From contig JBPCJX010000098.1 in NCBI GenBank assembly GCA_051004875.1, forward strand, positions 3,048 to 67,047: a stretch of DNA of 64,000 nucleotides, given 5' to 3'. Below, one piece after another: positions 63,490-64,000 of this stretch. Position 1 is the stretch's first letter, and the number at the start of each line of letters is the position of its first letter. Under the pieces are notes generated by a model. It was not told where the DNA came from and did not search any database. It saw only the letters and a list, made by a program, of their open reading frames with translations. The stretch is from Bryobacteraceae bacterium. Its GTDB lineage: Bacteria > Acidobacteriota > Terriglobia > Bryobacterales > Bryobacteraceae. Both the position numbers and the translations under genes were made by a program.

Positions 63490-64000
63490 ATGTGGAACGT
63501 TAGCCAGGATTTGAGTATCCAAGTGAGTCTATCGGACAAACAGCGAGAGAAGAATATTGTCCTGGCACTTCGTCTAATGATGCAGGATCGCCAGGAACCG
63601 TACGAGTGGCAGGAGCATGACACCAAGGCGAAGAAGTTTGAGGTTGTATACCGAACCACCTGGGACGATCTGCTTGAGCGCGGTTTAGTGAAGGTGAGAT
63701 CTTTTGACCGGTACTCGCTAACCGGAGCTGGCTGGATACATGGGCTTAAAGTCCTCGGCAAGTTTGACGATCCTAAATTCCGGTACCAAGCTGGTCAACT
63801 TTCGAGAGCCCTCAAAGGCCGACTGATGAATCGATCAGACTGGGCACGTGTAGATCGACCGAGCTCGCGTGTAAGACTGGCCTTTCTGAATTCTTCATTT
63901 ATGATGCAATTGACAGCCCACCTGCTTCGCGAGATGTTCAATATCATAGACGCGGTCTGGTCTCAGGACGACGATATGAAGAACTATATCGACATTCATC
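63490..64000 (+). CDS. hypothetical protein, 3' end outside the window
   Basis: The frame is uninterrupted from the stop at 63463-63465 to the window end. The first ATG is at 63490 (a TTG occurs at 63469). It reads MWNVSQDLSIQVSLSDKQREKNIVLALRLMMQDRQEPYEWQEHDTKAKKFEVVYRTTWDDLLERGLVKV... The track misses it because there is no stop. The region looks AT-richer. Confidence 0.4.
   Translation, partial: MWNVSQDLSIQVSLSDKQREKNIVLALRLMMQDRQEPYEWQEHDTKAKKFEVVYRTTWDDLLERGLVKVRSFDRYSLTGAGWIHGLKVLGKFDDPKFRYQAGQLSRALKGRLMNRSDWARVDRPSSRVRLAFLNSSFMMQLTAHLLREMFNIIDAVWSQDDDMKNYIDIH

Noticed and set aside
63357-63761. 134-aa minus-strand ORF
   Set aside because: The opposite strand carries an uninterrupted frame to the window end with better composition. 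This ORF also overlaps the DUF72 stop region.
1-64000. CRISPR arrays, rRNA genes, transposases/integrases, IS inverted repeats and prophage genes
   Set aside because: I scanned the non-coding gaps and the ORF translations. I saw no regularly spaced repeats, no rRNA-like segments, and no DDE, tyrosine or serine recombinase motifs. Therefore no mobile_element or CRISPR feature is called. Short or diverged repeats could have escaped a by-eye scan.

Overview
This window is 64 kb of densely coding, moderately GC-rich bacterial chromosome. It holds about 55 protein genes and one tRNA. I found no rRNA, CRISPR array, transposase or integrase. All family calls come from motifs I recognise by eye in the translations, since no searches were possible. 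The gene content fits soil Acidobacteriota, but that is an inference and Planctomycetota or Verrucomicrobiota are not excluded. The relevant content is two carboxypeptidase-regulatory-domain TonB-dependent-receptor-like barrels, a PSD1/DUF1501 pair, TPR-fused redox proteins, and 12 proteins with twin-arginine (Tat) signals. Most of the Tat proteins are Gfo/Idh/MocA oxidoreductases or xylose-isomerase-like TIM barrels.

Layout:
- 1-5.7 kb: secG, tRNA-Leu(GAG) and a Tat-exported sugar-modifying set.
- 5.9-12.7 kb: TBDR-like barrel, a haem c / copper-monooxygenase-like / TPR fusion, and a TPR protein.
- 12.7-18 kb: glutaminase-like DUF4965 protein, GH127, and a kinase plus unknown gene pair.
- 18-30 kb: sugar and sugar-acid oxidation cluster.
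- 30-32.8 kb: a small AT-richer island of decayed mobile DNA. It contains a frameshifted vsr, an intact DUF3883-type nuclease with no methyltransferase, and an antitoxin fragment.
- 32.8-35.5 kb: trihaem cytochrome c plus a PQQ-type dehydrogenase.
- 35.5-36.7 kb: orphan ORFs.
- 36.7-41.4 kb: PSD1/DUF1501.
- 46.5-53.9 kb: TBDR-like barrel, TPR-deiodinase-fold redoxin, TPR paralog and heptahaem cytochrome c.
- 56.7-59.3 kb: PA2779-like protein, C39-like cysteine peptidase and TPR beta-barrel.
- 59.9-64 kb: ATP-grasp ligase, a cytochrome b / molybdoenzyme pair, DUF72, and a partial ORF running off the end.

Best candidates for an undescribed system, in order:
1. The four-gene envelope redox module at 46.5-53.9 kb, with its partial echo at 5.9-12.7 kb.
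2. The secreted peptidase/barrel trio at 56.7-59.3 kb.
3. The orphan vsr-nuclease remnant at 31.1-32.2 kb.
4. The overlapping kinase plus unknown pair at 17-18 kb.
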